From Octopus sinensis (Eukaryota): a DNA stretch of 64,000 nt. Position 1 is the stretch's first letter, and every line of letters begins with the position of its first letter. Of the stretch, positions 36,763-50,500 are shown piece by piece. The stretch covers positions 5,704,001 through 5,768,000 of the forward strand of contig NC_043011.1 of assembly GCF_006345805.1 (NCBI RefSeq). The letters are read 5' to 3'. Both the position numbers and the translations under genes were made by a program. Under the pieces are notes generated by a model. The model saw only the letters and a list, made by a program, of their open reading frames with translations, searched no databases and had not been told where the DNA came from.

Positions 36763-38214
36763 CTGGAGAAAATTAAACGAATGGAATATAATTACATTGA
36801 CGAGATGATAAATGATTATTCAATTTGTTTTTCTTTTGTTTCAACTGAATTAGTTATTAAATGTATATTATAGTAATTAGCAAGAAAAGAGAGAAAGAAA
36901 AATGGTAGCCATTAGGCTGTGGCCATGCTGGAGCATTGCCTTGAAGAATTTTAGTCAAACGAAACAACCTAAGCTGGTACTTATTGGTCTCTTTTTGTGA
37001 ACTGCTAAGTTACAGGGATGTAAACATACCAACACTGGTTTTCTAACAGTGGTGGGACACGGACACACACACACACATACAATGGATTTCTTTCAGTTTT
37101 TGTCTACCAAATCCATTCACAAGGCTTTGATTAGCCTGGCACTATAGTAGAAGACATTTGCTCAAGGCACCACACAGTGGGACTGAACTCAGAACCCTGT
37201 GGTTGAAAAGGAAACTTCTTACTATACAGCCATGCCTGTGCCTATTTATTCATAGTTTATATATCCTTTTCTACTCTTAGCACAAGGCCTGAAATTTTGG
37301 GGGAGTGGGGGGCAGTCGATTAGATTGACTACAGTACGCAACTGGTACTTAATTTATCGACCCTGAAACAACGAAAGACAAAGTTGACCTCAGTGGAATT
37401 TGAACTCAGAACATCAAGATAGATGAAATACTGCTAAGCATTTTGCGCAGCTTTGCTAACGATTCTGCCAGCTTGCCACCTTTCGTAGTTTAAATATTAT
37501 AAAATGAATTATCTGATTTGCATGGTAGAGAGAGGAGAAAGGGTTGATTTCTTTGAGAATTTATAGGTATCATCTCTAAAAGGTTATATATATTCTGATG
37601 GTTGAGATTGTCAGGGATGTCTAAGATAATATTGCTTTGCCTTGGGCCTTGAACTCCTTGAGAGAGTCAAATGGACACCATTGTGGGAAATGGCAGGTTT
37701 TCAACATTTTTAGATTTGGTCGGCAGGGCCCATCCCTCAACCCAATTTCTTGCAGAAGATAGAAAGACAGACAGAAAGAATGAGTGAGGCAAGGATAAGA
37801 ACCAATCCTGGTGAAGGACTGATATTCTGTTTTACTGACATGGAAAAGGATGAAAGGCAAAGCTGACCTTGGCAGGATTTGAACTCAGAATGTAAAAAAG
37901 GAACATAATACCACCAAGCATTTTGCCCAGCATGCTAACAAATCTGCCAATTTGCCACCTTATGTGTTAAGATAATATTACATTTGTTTGAAGAATTTAA
38001 CTGTGTTTAGTTTTGGGCCTAAACACTTTGAGTTCAAGTCCTGCTAAGGTGGACTCTACTTAAATCTCCTAGGTTTTTTCAGGATTCCAGAGAAGTTTAA
38101 ATACACATTACTGAAATAATATTCTTGGAATAGGGTGATGAAATAATCTCCCAACCCAACCCAAATTGGCCCCTGAATTTTGATTTGACTAGGGTGAGAT
38201 TTTATCTTTTAGGC

Positions 38215-38613
38215 TAATGGTTCTTAACCAAAGTCCATGTGACCCCTGGAGGTCCATGTAAGATTTGGGAGGTGGGGAGCAAACAAGAAAAATACTAAAT
38301 TAGGGATCTGCAATAGTATTTTAAGGGTTCATGAAAATTTTTTCCTTTTAGTTGTATCTATTGCACAAACCAATTAGGTTTCTTTCCCTAACACTTTATA
38401 TAATTCAACAGGACTCTGGTGCTTGAAGCAGGTTGCCTTAAGGAGTGTCATTGCAAACCTACACAAGCGAATGGATGAAAACCGAAATAGGAATTTTGAA
38501 ACAAGTGTCAGCAAAACTAATTTTTAAACATTAAGTGGCTATGGGGGTCCACAAGAGGAAAAAAATTATTCTAAAGGTTCCATAGGTAAAAAAAAAATGG
38601 CTGAGAACGACTG
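38215..38613. mobile_element. Degenerate hAT-type MITE
   Basis: Ends TAATGGTTCTTAACC / GGCTGAGAACGACTG; flanks ttttaggc / ttttaggt (7 of 8). Confidence 0.65.
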
Positions 38614-38724
38614 TTTTAGGTGAAGAAAAATAAAATTAGCCTCAGAGATGACTAGGAACATAGAAAGGAGGTTTGAGACCCACTGCTACAGGTTGAAGTT
38701 GAGAGCAAGGCAGACAGCAAAACA

Positions 38725-40571
38725 CTAACATTTAAAAGGGACAGACGAACTTGCGAGCTGAATAAAAATAATAAAATATTGGAAACCAAAGTTTGAAGGG
38801 ATAGAATTTGAGGATAGTAGAGTCACCATGGCTGGCATTTCTTAACGACGGACAGCAACGTATTGACAGTTCAACGGCTGGCGTAAAATTTTGAACTTGA
38901 TGTAAAAGAAAATCCCTAAAAACCAAGTTTTGAATTGATTCTTTCTCACGACAGTAGACTCACAATGGCAAGCATTCAAAACTTCTTCATCATGGACGGC
39001 AACACATTGACGATTAAAAGGCTGGCGCAAATTTTTTAGCTTGATGTAACAGAGAATTGCTAAACACCCGCTCCTTTAAATTTTAATCCCCTTCCAGCCC
39101 CATTTAGACCCCTTTTCACATTTTGGTTAATATAACCCGATTTCATTTGGGTCTACTGGGGCCACATTTTATAAGATGAGGACTCAACCAAGTTTCCCAA
39201 GTTCTGGTCATAGACCATAGAACACTCAACCAAGTTTCCCGAGTTCTGGTCATAGACCATAGAACAGTCAAGCAAGTTTCCCAAGTTCTGGTCATAGACC
39301 ATAGAACACTCAACCAAGTTTCCCGAGTTCTGGTCATAGACCATAGAACAGTCAAGCAAGTTTCCCAAGTTCTGGTCATAGACCATAGAACACTCAACCA
39401 AGTTTCCCGAGTTCTGGTCATTTGCAGAATAAATAGAGACGGCGGAGGTGGCAGACGTCGTTGCAATGTAAACATGATTTGTTTTAAGAGAAAGATTGTC
39501 CAGATTGTGTGTTGGTGGTGGTGGTGGCGATGATAATTATCTTTATGAATGGAGATAAAGAGAAATTGAAGGGGAGTTAGAGGTAGAAAGAAAAGGTGTA
39601 AATTTTGGAGTGAATCCGATGGGATGTAGTGGGCTTTAACCCCGGCAAAAAAAATAATATCTGTTGCGTTTCTGAAAGAGGTGAAGTAGGAATATTGAAA
39701 CTTTTGCGGCTGTCATTGATAGACTCGTTGTAGAATAAATAGAGACGGTGAAAAAAGAGAGAGCTCGAGAAAGAAAAGATGATATATGAAAGAGAGGACG
39801 GGAAAATGAAATATTTTGCAATGTAAACATGATTTGTTTTAAGAGAAAAATTGTCATGATTGTGTGTTGGTGGTGGTGGTGGTGGTGGCAATGATAATTA
39901 TCATTAGGAAAAAGAGTGAGTGAGTGAGGAAGACATATACATAAGTTGTGGCGATGATAATTCTAGACCCCTTTTCACATTTTGATGAAGAGAACCTAAT
40001 TTCATTCGGGTCTACTGGGGCCACATATAGGTGTGTGTGTGTGTGTGTGCACGCTGTAGAAATTAAATTAGAGATAAAACCACTAATAGGGAAATGAAAC
40101 AGTAAAAAAACAAAAACATAAAAATAAAAATATAATATTAGATATATGTGTGTGTGTGTGTTGACAGGTAGACAATAGAATGCGATGGCGATGGAATATT
40201 TGTTTCTGTCTATGAACGCAGATAGATACATGAGTAAAATGTATGGGAAGCTAAGAGATAGAGTGAGTGAAAATGTTCTTGGAAGAGAGGAAATAGCGAG
40301 AGAGTGATTTGAGGAAGACTTTACATTAAATAACTGGAGTGGACTTGAAGAGTCATATGAAGAGGAGTGAGAGGGTACTGAAGGAAATAGCGTGAGTGAG
40401 GAAGATGGCCCCTAGCAACCACACCTTTTAAGCTAGGGATTTCTAAGGTAGCCCACGAGCATCGTCACCTCATTCTACATGTCCCTGTAAATTTTGGAGC
40501 AAATCGGACGGGATGTAGTGGCATTGAAAGCGATCCAAGCGGTAAAAACTCATTTCAGTTTTTTATATAGA
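38725..40571 (-). mobile_element. Probable long non-autonomous Helitron with internal duplications
   Basis: Minus 5' A|TCTATATAAAAAACTG..CCGTCCGATTTGCTCCAAAATTT; degenerate 3' GCAAGTTCGTCTG...GTTAG|T; internal repeats 39108/39966, 39421/39730, 39610/40503. Confidence 0.5.
39183..39420. repeat. 42-bp minisatellite with alternating A/B units (84-bp higher-order repeat)
   Basis: CTCAACC..CCCGAG alternates with GTCAAGC..CCCAAG; about 5.7 units. Confidence 0.95.
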
Positions 40572-41631
40572 TATATATATATATATATATATATGCGTGT
40601 GTGTGTTTGTGTGTCTGTGTTTGTCCCCCTAGCATTGCTTGACAACCGATGCTGGTGTGTTTATGTCCCCGTTACTTAGCGCTTCGGCAAAAGAGGCCGA
40701 TAGAATAAGTACCGGGCTTACAAAAGAATAAATCCCGGGGTCGAGTTGCTCGATTAAAGGCGGTGCTCCAGCATGGCCGCAGTCAAATGACTGAAACAAG
40801 CAAAAGAGAGTAAAAGATATATATATATACACATATATACACACACACAATTATACATAAATATACATACATAAATCTCTCTCTATATATATATACACAC
40901 ACACATACTGTATAATATATGTATGGCTAATGGCCAGTTTTTTGATGAATTATTCCATAATGGCATATGAGTCAAGAGAAGCTGTTGCAGTGTCCAGCAC
41001 AAAACTACCAAAGTTATTACATGGCATCGATGATGTCATCTGGTGGTGGCAATGATGATGATGATGATGATGATGATGCTCTGGTGCCATCTTTATTAGT
41101 TTACGGTTGTGGAACTTGGCCAACAGACACACAGCAACTGTTCAACATACATAGGTTGGACAATTTAGATTCCATAGGCTGTAAATGTCTCGAACCAAAA
41201 ATAATGGTGAAGGCGCTGAATAACCAAAGCTGGTATCAACATCAAAATGTTTGAGATAAGTTTATCTTTTATCTTTCTTCTAGTTGTTTCAGTCATTCGA
41301 CTGCAGCCATGCTGGAGCACTGCCTTCAAAGGTTTCATCAAACAAATCAACACCTGTATTTATTTTTTAAAGTCTTGTACATATTCTACAAGTGTCTTTT
41401 GCTGAACCACTAAGTTACAGGAATGCAAACAAACCAACACCAGTTGTCTAGTGGTGGAGGAGGACAAATAGAACACACATATGTATGACAGGTTTCCTCA
41501 CAGTTTCTGTCAACTGAATTTACTCACAGGACATTGGTTTGTCTGGGGCTTGAGCTCAAGACATTGTACAAAGGAACTGAGCCTTGTGATTGCAACGTTG
41601 TTTTATTTAATATTCTCAATTTTATACACAA

Positions 41632-42027
41632 CTAGCAGTATCGCCCGGCGTTGCTCGGGTTTGTTTCGACCCTTTAGAATTGGAATTTTTGAAAAGTAAA
41701 AATTTTGCATTATGTAGCTTGTTATTCTTTTTAAGTGAACATTTTTCTGGTTGAAATACACCGTAAAATGACGACATAGCAGCAAAAAAAATCGTAAAAA
41801 ATAGGGATTTTCATAGAAAAAAAAGCACCTTTTTGATGTAAATAATTTTTGGTGTTAACATGGTCCAATTTGAATTTTTTATTCTACGGAAGGAAGAGCA
41901 AGCCTTCTTCTATCATACTCTTAATTTTGGTCAACTTGCGCTGCAGGGTCTCGGAGGAGATAGTGTTAGTTGAAGGCTACCAAACCTGCCATACACTGAC
42001 AACTTCAGCTTTATATATATAGAGAGA
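41632..42027 (-). mobile_element. Non-autonomous Helitron
   Basis: Minus strand A|TCTCTCTATATATATAAAG...CCCGAGCAACGCCGGGCGATACTGCTAG|T; same termini as 7074 and 57651 copies but a different interior. Confidence 0.85.
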
Positions 42028-42128
42028 TTAACTTCAACTTTAGAGAAACTGATCACACACCACATCAACCTCACTATTTTGCAGGAATCTGTCAAAGACA
42101 TTCTATCTCACTATCTTATATATATATA

Positions 42129-42512
42129 GGCGCAGGAGTGGCTGTGTGGTAAGTAGCTTGCCTATCAACCACATAGTTCCGGGTGCGTGGCACCTTGGGC
42201 AAGTGTCTTTAACTATAGCCTCGGGCCGACCAAAGCCTTGTGAGTGGATTTGGTAGACGGAAACTGAAAGAAGCCTGTCGTATATATGTATGTGTGTGTT
42301 TGTGTGTGTGTGTTTGTCCCCCTAGCATTGCTTGACAACCGATGCTGGTGTGTTTATGTCCCCATCACTTAGCGGTTCGGCAAAAGAGACCGATAGAATG
42401 AGTACTGGGCTTACAAAGAATAAGTCCCGGGGTCGAGTTGCTCGACTAAAGGCGGTGCTCCAGCATGGCCGCAGTCAACTGACTGATACAAGTAAAAAAA
42501 AAAAAAAAAAAA
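42129..42512 (+). mobile_element. SINE family A
   Basis: Same consensus; ends about 60 bp from the 42572 donor site. Confidence 0.9.
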
Positions 42513-42571
42513 AAGAGTATATATATAAACGAACACACAACTGGGAGTTCTGAAGAAAGACATACACATAC

Positions 42572-42631
42572 CTTGGAGACCTTTTGAAGTTCAATCTCCC
42601 ATACTGGATTGTGGGATTGACTGTTTAAATT
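42572..42631 (-). CDS. PLEKHA1/2: PLEKHA1/2 (TAPP)-like exon, PH1 domain: NLNSQSHNPVWEIELQKVSK
   Basis: 60 nt, acceptor TTATTGCAG, donor GTATGT, phase 0/0; aligns by eye to human TAPP1 NLPSGSSRVGAIKLTYISK and joins the next exon in frame. Confidence 0.85.
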
Positions 42632-42865
42632 CTGCAATAATAATAATGACAGACTCATATAGAAACGATATAGAGAAGACAACAAATATAATATTAACAT
42701 CATATTGTAGGAATGGAAACAAAAATGTCTTTGTGAAAAATAACTCTTTTTTTTCTTTCTATTTTTACAATTGTGCCGTAAGTATTCAATGTTAATTGTT
42801 GTTTCCTTATTGTAATTAGCAGACCACATAAGAGGGATAGCATGATGATAAATGATGAGGATATA

Positions 42866-43293
42866 CATTTTCCTTCTTAACCATTCATGGGTCAAATGGG
42901 CACACAAAGTAATTGTAAAGCGCATGAGGTTTACTACACCGTCATCATTGACATTCTGAGTTCAAATTCCACTAAGGTTAATTTTGCCTTTCATCTTTTC
43001 GGGGTCGATAAAATAACTACCAGTTGAGCACTGAGGTCAATACCATCAACTTACCCCTTCCCCCAAAGTTCGGTGGGGGTGAGGGGAGACCTTTGAATTC
43101 TGGCAGTTACCTAAGGCAGCATTCCTGCAATCACTGGCGATCAGAATATAGAGGAAGGACAATTTCTACAGCAGAAATATTAATTTTACACAAGCAGGAA
43201 GTCCAGAAAGTTCTCTTCAGTCGCAGAGGATAAATGACAAGTGAAGAATGGAGGAGAGTACCAGCAACTCCAGTCTTCAGTTTTGTGTGTGTG

Positions 43294-43325
<32 letters not shown>

Positions 43326-43997
43326 CCCACCTTGTCTTGATATGTGATAGCTGTAAACAAGCATTGCCGTCTGGGTTCAAATTCTACTGAGGTTAACTTT
43401 GCCTTTCATTCTTTAGGGGTCAATATACTAAGTACCAGTTGAGCCCCAGGGATTAATGCAATTGACTAACCACCTCCCCCTAAAATCATAGATCTAGTGC
43501 CAAAATCTAAAACCATTATGATTCTTTAAATTCTTGTTTTGCTGGAATGCCTGGAGTCTTGTATGAGTTGCAGGCTTGTTACCTGCGGCCTATGGAACTG
43601 TAGTTTGTTCCCTTCAACTATTTAATACTTTCCAGATGATTCTGACCATGCCAAAGAGGCAAACCTTTTGCAACAGTTCGACTGGGCCCTTCTTAGTTCT
43701 GATTTCCTTTCTATTCCATTTGATGCCTTTTGATACTGTCCCCAAGGACCCAACAATAATTGGCACTATCTTCACCATTTTTATCTCATGTTTTTCATTT
43801 TCCTTCTTAACCATTCATGGGTCAAATGGGCACACAAAGTAATTGTAAAGCGCATGAGGTTTACTACACCGTCATCATTGACATTCTGAGTTCAAATTCC
43901 GCTAAGGTTAATTTTGCCTTTCATCTTTTCGGGGTCGATAAAATAACTACCAGTTGAGCACTGAGGTCAATACCATCAACTTCCCCCTTCCCCCAAA
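42866..43997. repeat. 202-bp near-identical direct repeats (42866-43067, 43796-43997) around a 728-bp insert
   Basis: Two differences seen; offset 930 bp. Confidence 0.9.
43520..43795 (-). mobile_element. R4/Dong-like 3' fragment
   Basis: VPIIVGSLGTVSK...LLQKVCLFGMVRIIWKVL matches the C-terminus of copy 1. Confidence 0.75.
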
Positions 43998-46129
43998 ATT
44001 GCTGGCCTTGTGCCAAAATTTGAAACCATTCTTGTTATTATCATTATTATTCTTATTCCAATAGTTTCGTTTTTATTACTGTCTGCATTGTGTATAGCTG
44101 TATTAAAACGTTTAGCCCTAGGCCAGTCCTAATTGAGCAGACCTATGAACAAAACCATTCCAGCCCTGATCAATCTGCCTTTTATTCTGACAATGTATCT
44201 GAGACCGACTTACCTAATGTGTCCTTCCTTTTTCCCCACAATAGGTTTTATGCAAGGCATATTTAATTGCTATTTCTAGCAAATAGAGCAAACATATATT
44301 AAGCACACTCATTAGTTCCAATTTCCTTGGTGGCGACAGTGGTGGTGGTGGTGGTGGTGGTGTGTTGTTAATAGGCAAGCTGGCAGAGACGTTAGCACGC
44401 CGGACGAAATGCTCAGCAGTATTTCGTCTGCCACTACATTCCGAGTTCAAATTCCGCCGAGGTCGACTTTGCCTTTCATCCTTTCGGGATCGATTAAATA
44501 AGAACCAGTTACGCACTGGGATTGATGTAATCGACTTGATCTGTTTGTCTGTCCTTGTTTGTCCCCTCTGTGTTTAGCCCCTTGTGGGTAGTAAAGAAAT
44601 AGATGTATTGTTAATAGTGTTGGTGATGTTAACAATGTTGTTATTAATGGTGATCATCAATCATCATCATTTAACGTCCGTATTCCATGTCAGCATGGGT
44701 TGGATGAGTGGACAAAAGCTGGCAAACCAGAGGACGGCACCCAGCACCAGTCTGCCTGTTTGGGCATGGTTTTTACAGATGGTTGCCCTTCTTAATGCTA
44801 ACTACTTTGCAGAATAAGCTGGGTGCTTTTCACGTGGCACCAGCACTGGCCAATTTTTGGTTTTTAATTAATGTCGTTGTTACTTAGCCCCAATACTAAT
44901 ATTTATTTCTTTATTGCCCACAAGGGGCTAAACATAGAGAGGATAAACAAGGACAGACAAACGAATTAAGCTGATTATATTGACCCCAGGGTATAACTGG
45001 TACTTATTTAATCGACCCCAAAAGGATGAAAGGCAAAGGCGTCCTTGGCGGAATTTGAACTCAGAATGTAACAGAAGACGAAATATTGCTAAGCATTTCG
45101 CCCGGCGTGCAAACGATTCTGCCAGCTCACTACAATACATAATATTAACCATGTCCATATTTCTCTAGGAAAAATTATTTGTGGTGTGATGGTGGACAGC
45201 AGAAACAGAAATCTGTATTTCCCTAATGAGGTTGTAATGAGACAGAAACATGTCCACAGTTGTCTTCCCCACTTGCTACTCTATTGAATTGCTACATTAT
45301 AGAACAGAACCCCAGTTTTTCAACTGGTTTCAATGCAGACAGTCACTGAGAGTGATAGGCAAGCAAACACACAGTTTCCATCCACCAGTTTCATTCACAA
45401 GGCACTTAATAAAAGACACTTGCTCAAGATGTCCTGCACTGGGACTGAACCCTAAACCACATGGTTGCAATGCAAATTTACTCTGTTCGTCAATAACTAA
45501 AATTATTTTTTCATTATCCATAATTTCTAATTAGCTTCAATGGCTTCGTGAGAGGATGAAGGTCAAAACCCAGAACCCTTGTGGGAGTTTTTGACACAGG
45601 GGAGGAAGGGTAACTACCCCCATAACCTTTCTCATGACTTCTTTGAATGATAGGAGGAAGGGCAGTGCCCATGACCTTTCTCAAGGGCCTCTGATTGGCA
45701 GAGAGAAGAAAGGAATCTGGTCCAAAGACTTGCAAGAGAGTGGACTCCACCAAAGGTACCCAAGGACCATCAGGGGTCTGAAGAATGAGGATGGAATGGT
45801 CACGGCTGGAACGTCTTTGATCATAGGTCTATTGAATCAAGACTGACTTAGGGTTGAATAACAATAACAACAATAACTACTACTACTGCTACCACCATCA
45901 CCGCTGCCACCAGTGCTAAAGCCTCTTGCTAATTCCTCACTGCAACATTGAAATATTTAGAGACACTAGCAGACACACAGACAGACACACAACCATTCCG
46001 CTCGGACACACTCCTTGTCTGACAGTCACCCACCCACTCACCCAGCCATGACCACACCCAACCAGGAGAAAAACCATAAAATAAATAATCAAATAACTGG
46101 CATTCTCCCTTGACTGTGAAACATTCCAA

Positions 46130-46810
46130 GCTTGTTGGTGATGATGATGATGACGACGATGGTGGTAGCTGCGGTGGTGGTGGTGGTGGTGGTGGCGGTG
46201 GTGGCAATGATAATGGTAGTGGTAGGAGGGTGATGTCATGATGATGATGTAAGTGGTGGTAGTGGTAATGGTGGTGGTGGTGGTGGTGGTAGTAGAAATT
46301 GGGAGTGGTTTTGGAGAAGGCACCAATGATGGTGGTCATAGTGGTGGTGGTGGTGGTGGTGATGATTATGATGATATTGGTGATAATGATGATGTAACTA
46401 CTCTGAATATAAAACTATTTTGATAAGGTCATTAACACTGAATGGTTGTCATAGTGACAGAGATGGATAATATTCTAAATAGGCTGTGGTGGTGGTGGTG
46501 GTGGGGTGGATGGGTAGGTAGCAGTATTGGTGATGTAGTGGAGGTGGTATGGTAATGGTGTTGTTGATATTGTGGTTTGGTAGTAGTAAACTTAGTGGTG
46601 GTGATGGTGAATGATGATGACAGCAAGGATAGTGGTGGTAGTTGTGGTGTTAGTGGTTGCAGTAACAGTGATGTAGTAGTCGGCGGGGGGGGGGAGTGGT
46701 GGTAGTAGGTAGTGATGTGGTGGTAGTGACTGATGTTGACAACACTGATGGTGATGGTATGAGAAACAGTCATAACAGTGGTGATGATGGTGGTAGCACT
46801 GATGGTGGAA
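46130..46810. repeat. (GGT)/(GAT)/(AGT) cryptic trinucleotide low-complexity tract
   Basis: Direct reading; a similar tract lies at 8460-8700. Confidence 0.9.
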
Positions 46811-47926
46811 AGTGCATTTATCTTTAACTCTTGGAAGCTGGATATTGTTAACAGGTCAGTTTGTTGTCGTTATGCCCCGCATAAAACAAATACATGGGAT
46901 GGTTATGGCCAGAAGGCCTTTAATTAATGATCTGATCAATCGGGTTAATCTGGGGTCAAGGAATTAAGGAAATCTGCCACATTTGAGGAGGGTATCAGAA
47001 GTAAATCTTTTACTAACCCAGAGCGGAATTCAGTAAGATAACAGAATGTCCCTCATACTTTGCAACCAGCCCTGGATTTAAGGAGGGAATCAACAGGTCC
47101 CTTCTTACTCTGCAGCCTATGCTAAATTTAAGGAAGGTAATCAGATAGTCCTTGCTTACTTTATAACTTCTTACACAGTTCAATAAATAGAAAAGTTCCT
47201 TATGGAATAAACGGTCTTGATTAGTCTTCTTGTTCCATCAGTTTTAACAGTAAGTGGTAAGAGCAAAATATAAGAAGTTAGGGGTGTCTTGACCCCTTAT
47301 TAAAGGAAGACTGCATAACTTTAAATGAGTTAAGGGTGTCTTTTAGTAAAGGAAGAGAGGAAGAAAAACCTAGAAAAAAACGTGATGGAGTAATGTGTGT
47401 GTGTGTGTGAGTGTAAATAAGATGTAGGGCTGTGCAAAGGTGAAATGGAAGGTAGAGGGGAAAGAAACATGGTGGAAGACAATGTGAAGAATTTGATACA
47501 CGAGTTGTAGTAAAAGAAATATTTAAGCCAAAAGAACATCCACTGGTGTTGGGTGAGGCAGGGAGGAGGTGATGCTAATTGACCAAGTTTAATTCTATTG
47601 GCAAGTTGGGTCCGGATTCAAGGTGATCTAATTACTGTGATTACATCAGTTCTGCCACCAATGTTTAGAAAGTCATTAAACGTCAGCTGTGGTGGACGAT
47701 TCCTTAAATGCAAACATCTTGCAGAAAAGAAAATCAAAAACTACAACTACTACTATGAAAACATTGTACGTACTTTACTCTAAGCACTACTATGGTCAGT
47801 ATGGTCCAAGATATTTATTTTCAACAAATATAAAAGTAAACTAACAACTATAACACAAACCACATTCTACACAATGACCACTCAATACTATGACACAACC
47901 CTCACCTGACACTGAAACATTACATA

Positions 47927-48279
47927 CGCAGGAGTGACTGTGTGGTAAGTAGCTTGCTAACCAACCACATGGTTCCGGGTTCAGTCCCACTGCGTGGCAT
48001 CTTGGGCAAGTGTCTTCTGCTATAGCCCCGGGCCGACCAATGACTTGTGAGTGGATTTGGTAGACGGAAACTGAAAGAAGCCTGTCGTATATATGTATAT
48101 GTGTGTGTGTGTTTGTGTGTCTGTGTTTGTCCCCCTAACATCGCTTGACAACCGATGCTGGTGTGTTTACGTCCCCGTCACTTAGTGGTTCGGTAAAAGA
48201 GACCGATAGAATAAGTACTGGGCTTACAAAGAATAAGTCTCGGGGTCGATTTGCTCGACTAAAGGCGGTGCTCCAGCAT
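47927..48279 (+). mobile_element. SINE family A, 3'-truncated
   Basis: Same consensus. Confidence 0.88.
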
Positions 48280-48892
48280 TAACCACACAACACATTATGC
48301 GATGCTACAACATATACAAACACAATAATGCACACATGCACCTCAGGAACAGAGGTTGCATCTGGTGATGCAGTAAAAGTTTGCATGAAACTGTTAGAAC
48401 ATATAATGATTAATGATATGAATAAAGAGTCAAAACTATTGAAAAGGTTGCAAGATGCAACGAAAATTTTAGGACAATAAAAATTTTAAAAATAAGAAAA
48501 AAGTGGAAATTTTACCGGTGAGTGTGTTACATAAGGCACAAAAAGAAAATGACTCTCCCCAGACACAACAGAATATGCTTCAGCACACAAACTCATATAA
48601 AGAATCTTGCAAACCCAAATCCAAAAACGAAATAATATAAATAAAATTACTATATTATTCATGTTGTTCCTGCAGTCTGACTGTTTTGTCTGTGTGTTAC
48701 ACCAAGGGAGGTAATAACTCAAACAGAGAAAGTTATATCGAGAGAGAAGGGGGAGACAGAGAGAGACAAAGAAATAGTGGAATCAGTGCAAAAAATAGAA
48801 AGAGGGAGAGAGAAAGAAAGAGGGAGATGGTCTCTGTCATTTTGCATTTGTGTGTTCAAACACAGTTGAAATGTTTAACATAACGAAACAAT

Positions 48893-49303
48893 ACTCTCTT
48901 TTACTCTTTTACTTGTTTCAGTCATTTGACTGCGGCCATGCTGGAGCACCGCCTTTTAGTTGAGCAAATCGACCCCGGGACTTATTCTTTGTAAGCCCAG
49001 TACTTATTCTATCGGTCTCTTTTGCCGAGCCACTAAGTGACGGGGACATAAACACACTAGCATCGGTTGCCAAGCAATGCTAGGGGGACAAACACAGACA
49101 CACAAACACATACACACACACATACATATATACATATATACGACAGGCTTCTTTCAGTTTCCGTCTACCAAATCCACTCACAAGGCATTGGTCAGCCCAG
49201 GGCTATAGCAGAAGACACTTGCCCAAGATGCCACGCAGTGGGACTGAACCCGAAACCATGTGGTTGGTTAGCAAGCTACTTACCACACAGCCACTCCTGT
49301 GCC
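48893..49303 (-). mobile_element. SINE family A
   Basis: Same consensus. Confidence 0.9.
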
Positions 49304-49869
49304 TATTGTCATGGAGATTTATAAATTTATGCAGTAAAAGATGTACTGGGAGATAGTTTAATAAAAACAAAATAACCTTATGGCTGTAGATGCTACACTT
49401 GTCTTTTAAGTGTTCCAGATCAACAGCTGTGGCCATGCTGGAGCACTCCCATTACTCTCTCTCTCTCTCTCTCTCTCTGTTACTAAGTGTCATTGCTTAT
49501 TTTTTTATTATGAGAGTAGACAAATACATTGCCAGAAAAGGAAGTAGATATTCAAATATACCGATTTAGCCCATGGAATATTTTCCCACTAGAAAGTATT
49601 ATTAATCATATTTGAATGGTATCTTATTTTATCAAACCCAGTGAGATGAAAGTCAGAGTTGACCCTAGCAGGTTTTGAACTAAGAACAGACAGAATCATA
49701 ATTAAATACAAGATATTTGGTCCCCTTTCTCTAACAATGTTGCCAATCCATCACTCTTAATAATTCTTTCTGGTTTCACCACAAAGCCAACATGCTTAGA
49801 GTAGGCCCCGTTTACTAAGCCCATTCTTGCCACATTCATTCACCTTTTAACAAAATTGCTAGGAGTACT

Positions 49870-50103
49870 CAGTGGCGAATGCAGGGGTGTTTCCCTAGTT
49901 GCCTGGGCAACACCCTTTCTAGCTGAGCCAACACCCAAAAAATCAGGACCAAAGATTTTCAGGCAACAATCAAGGAAAAGGGAGTCAACTCTTATGAGAA
50001 TAGGAGTTGCCGGACCTACTAGGTGTTGCCCAACCTGCCCACTAGAGTGCTATTTTTTCAAAACTTTTGAGCAACACCTAAAAAACATCATGGATCCCCC
50101 CTA
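49870..50103. mobile_element. Degenerate MITE with CAGKGGCGGATCC-type ends
   Basis: Left CAGTGGCGAATGCAGG, right CATGGATCCCCCCT; GC-rich island; no clear TSD. Confidence 0.4.
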
Positions 50104-50119
50104 AGCGCCCCCCCCACCC

Positions 50120-50500
50120 GCACATCTCTTTCTACTTTCACTTTCCTTTTCAAAATAATGTGGCCTTCACCAAAGAGAAAAATATCTGTCTTCAGCCCTT
50201 CAACCTGGTCCACCACACAATCTCTTCTGGTAAGGCTACCAGACAAATAAACATTGCCTGCCCTTCCTGACCAAAGGAAGGGGGTGGGACAATCCTCTGT
50301 TGACAGCTGAATCCATCCTACATGTGACGGCAGGTGTTCGACATAAACCCACAAGCCAGCATCGTTTGGGCATTGGACGAGAGCATATAGAACAGTTTCA
50401 TCAATCCATACACATCTTGGACAAGCCCAGCTGACACCACTTCCATACCTGTAGAGTTTATCCCAAACCAGTAATGTTCCCTGATAGCATTACCAAACCA
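50120..50500 (-). mobile_element. Tx1/L1-clade LINE C-terminal fragment
   Basis: DKLYRYGS..ACPRC..DETVLYALVQCP..LWVYVE..LKRKVKVER; Cys-rich motif downstream of RT, degraded. Confidence 0.65.

Noticed and set aside
39143-39475. Repetitive ORFs and a hammerhead-like look (CTATGA..GGGAAAC..GTT) in the 42-bp repeat
   Set aside because: ORFs are translations of the minisatellite; the core lacks G5 and the putative cleavage triplet ends in G.
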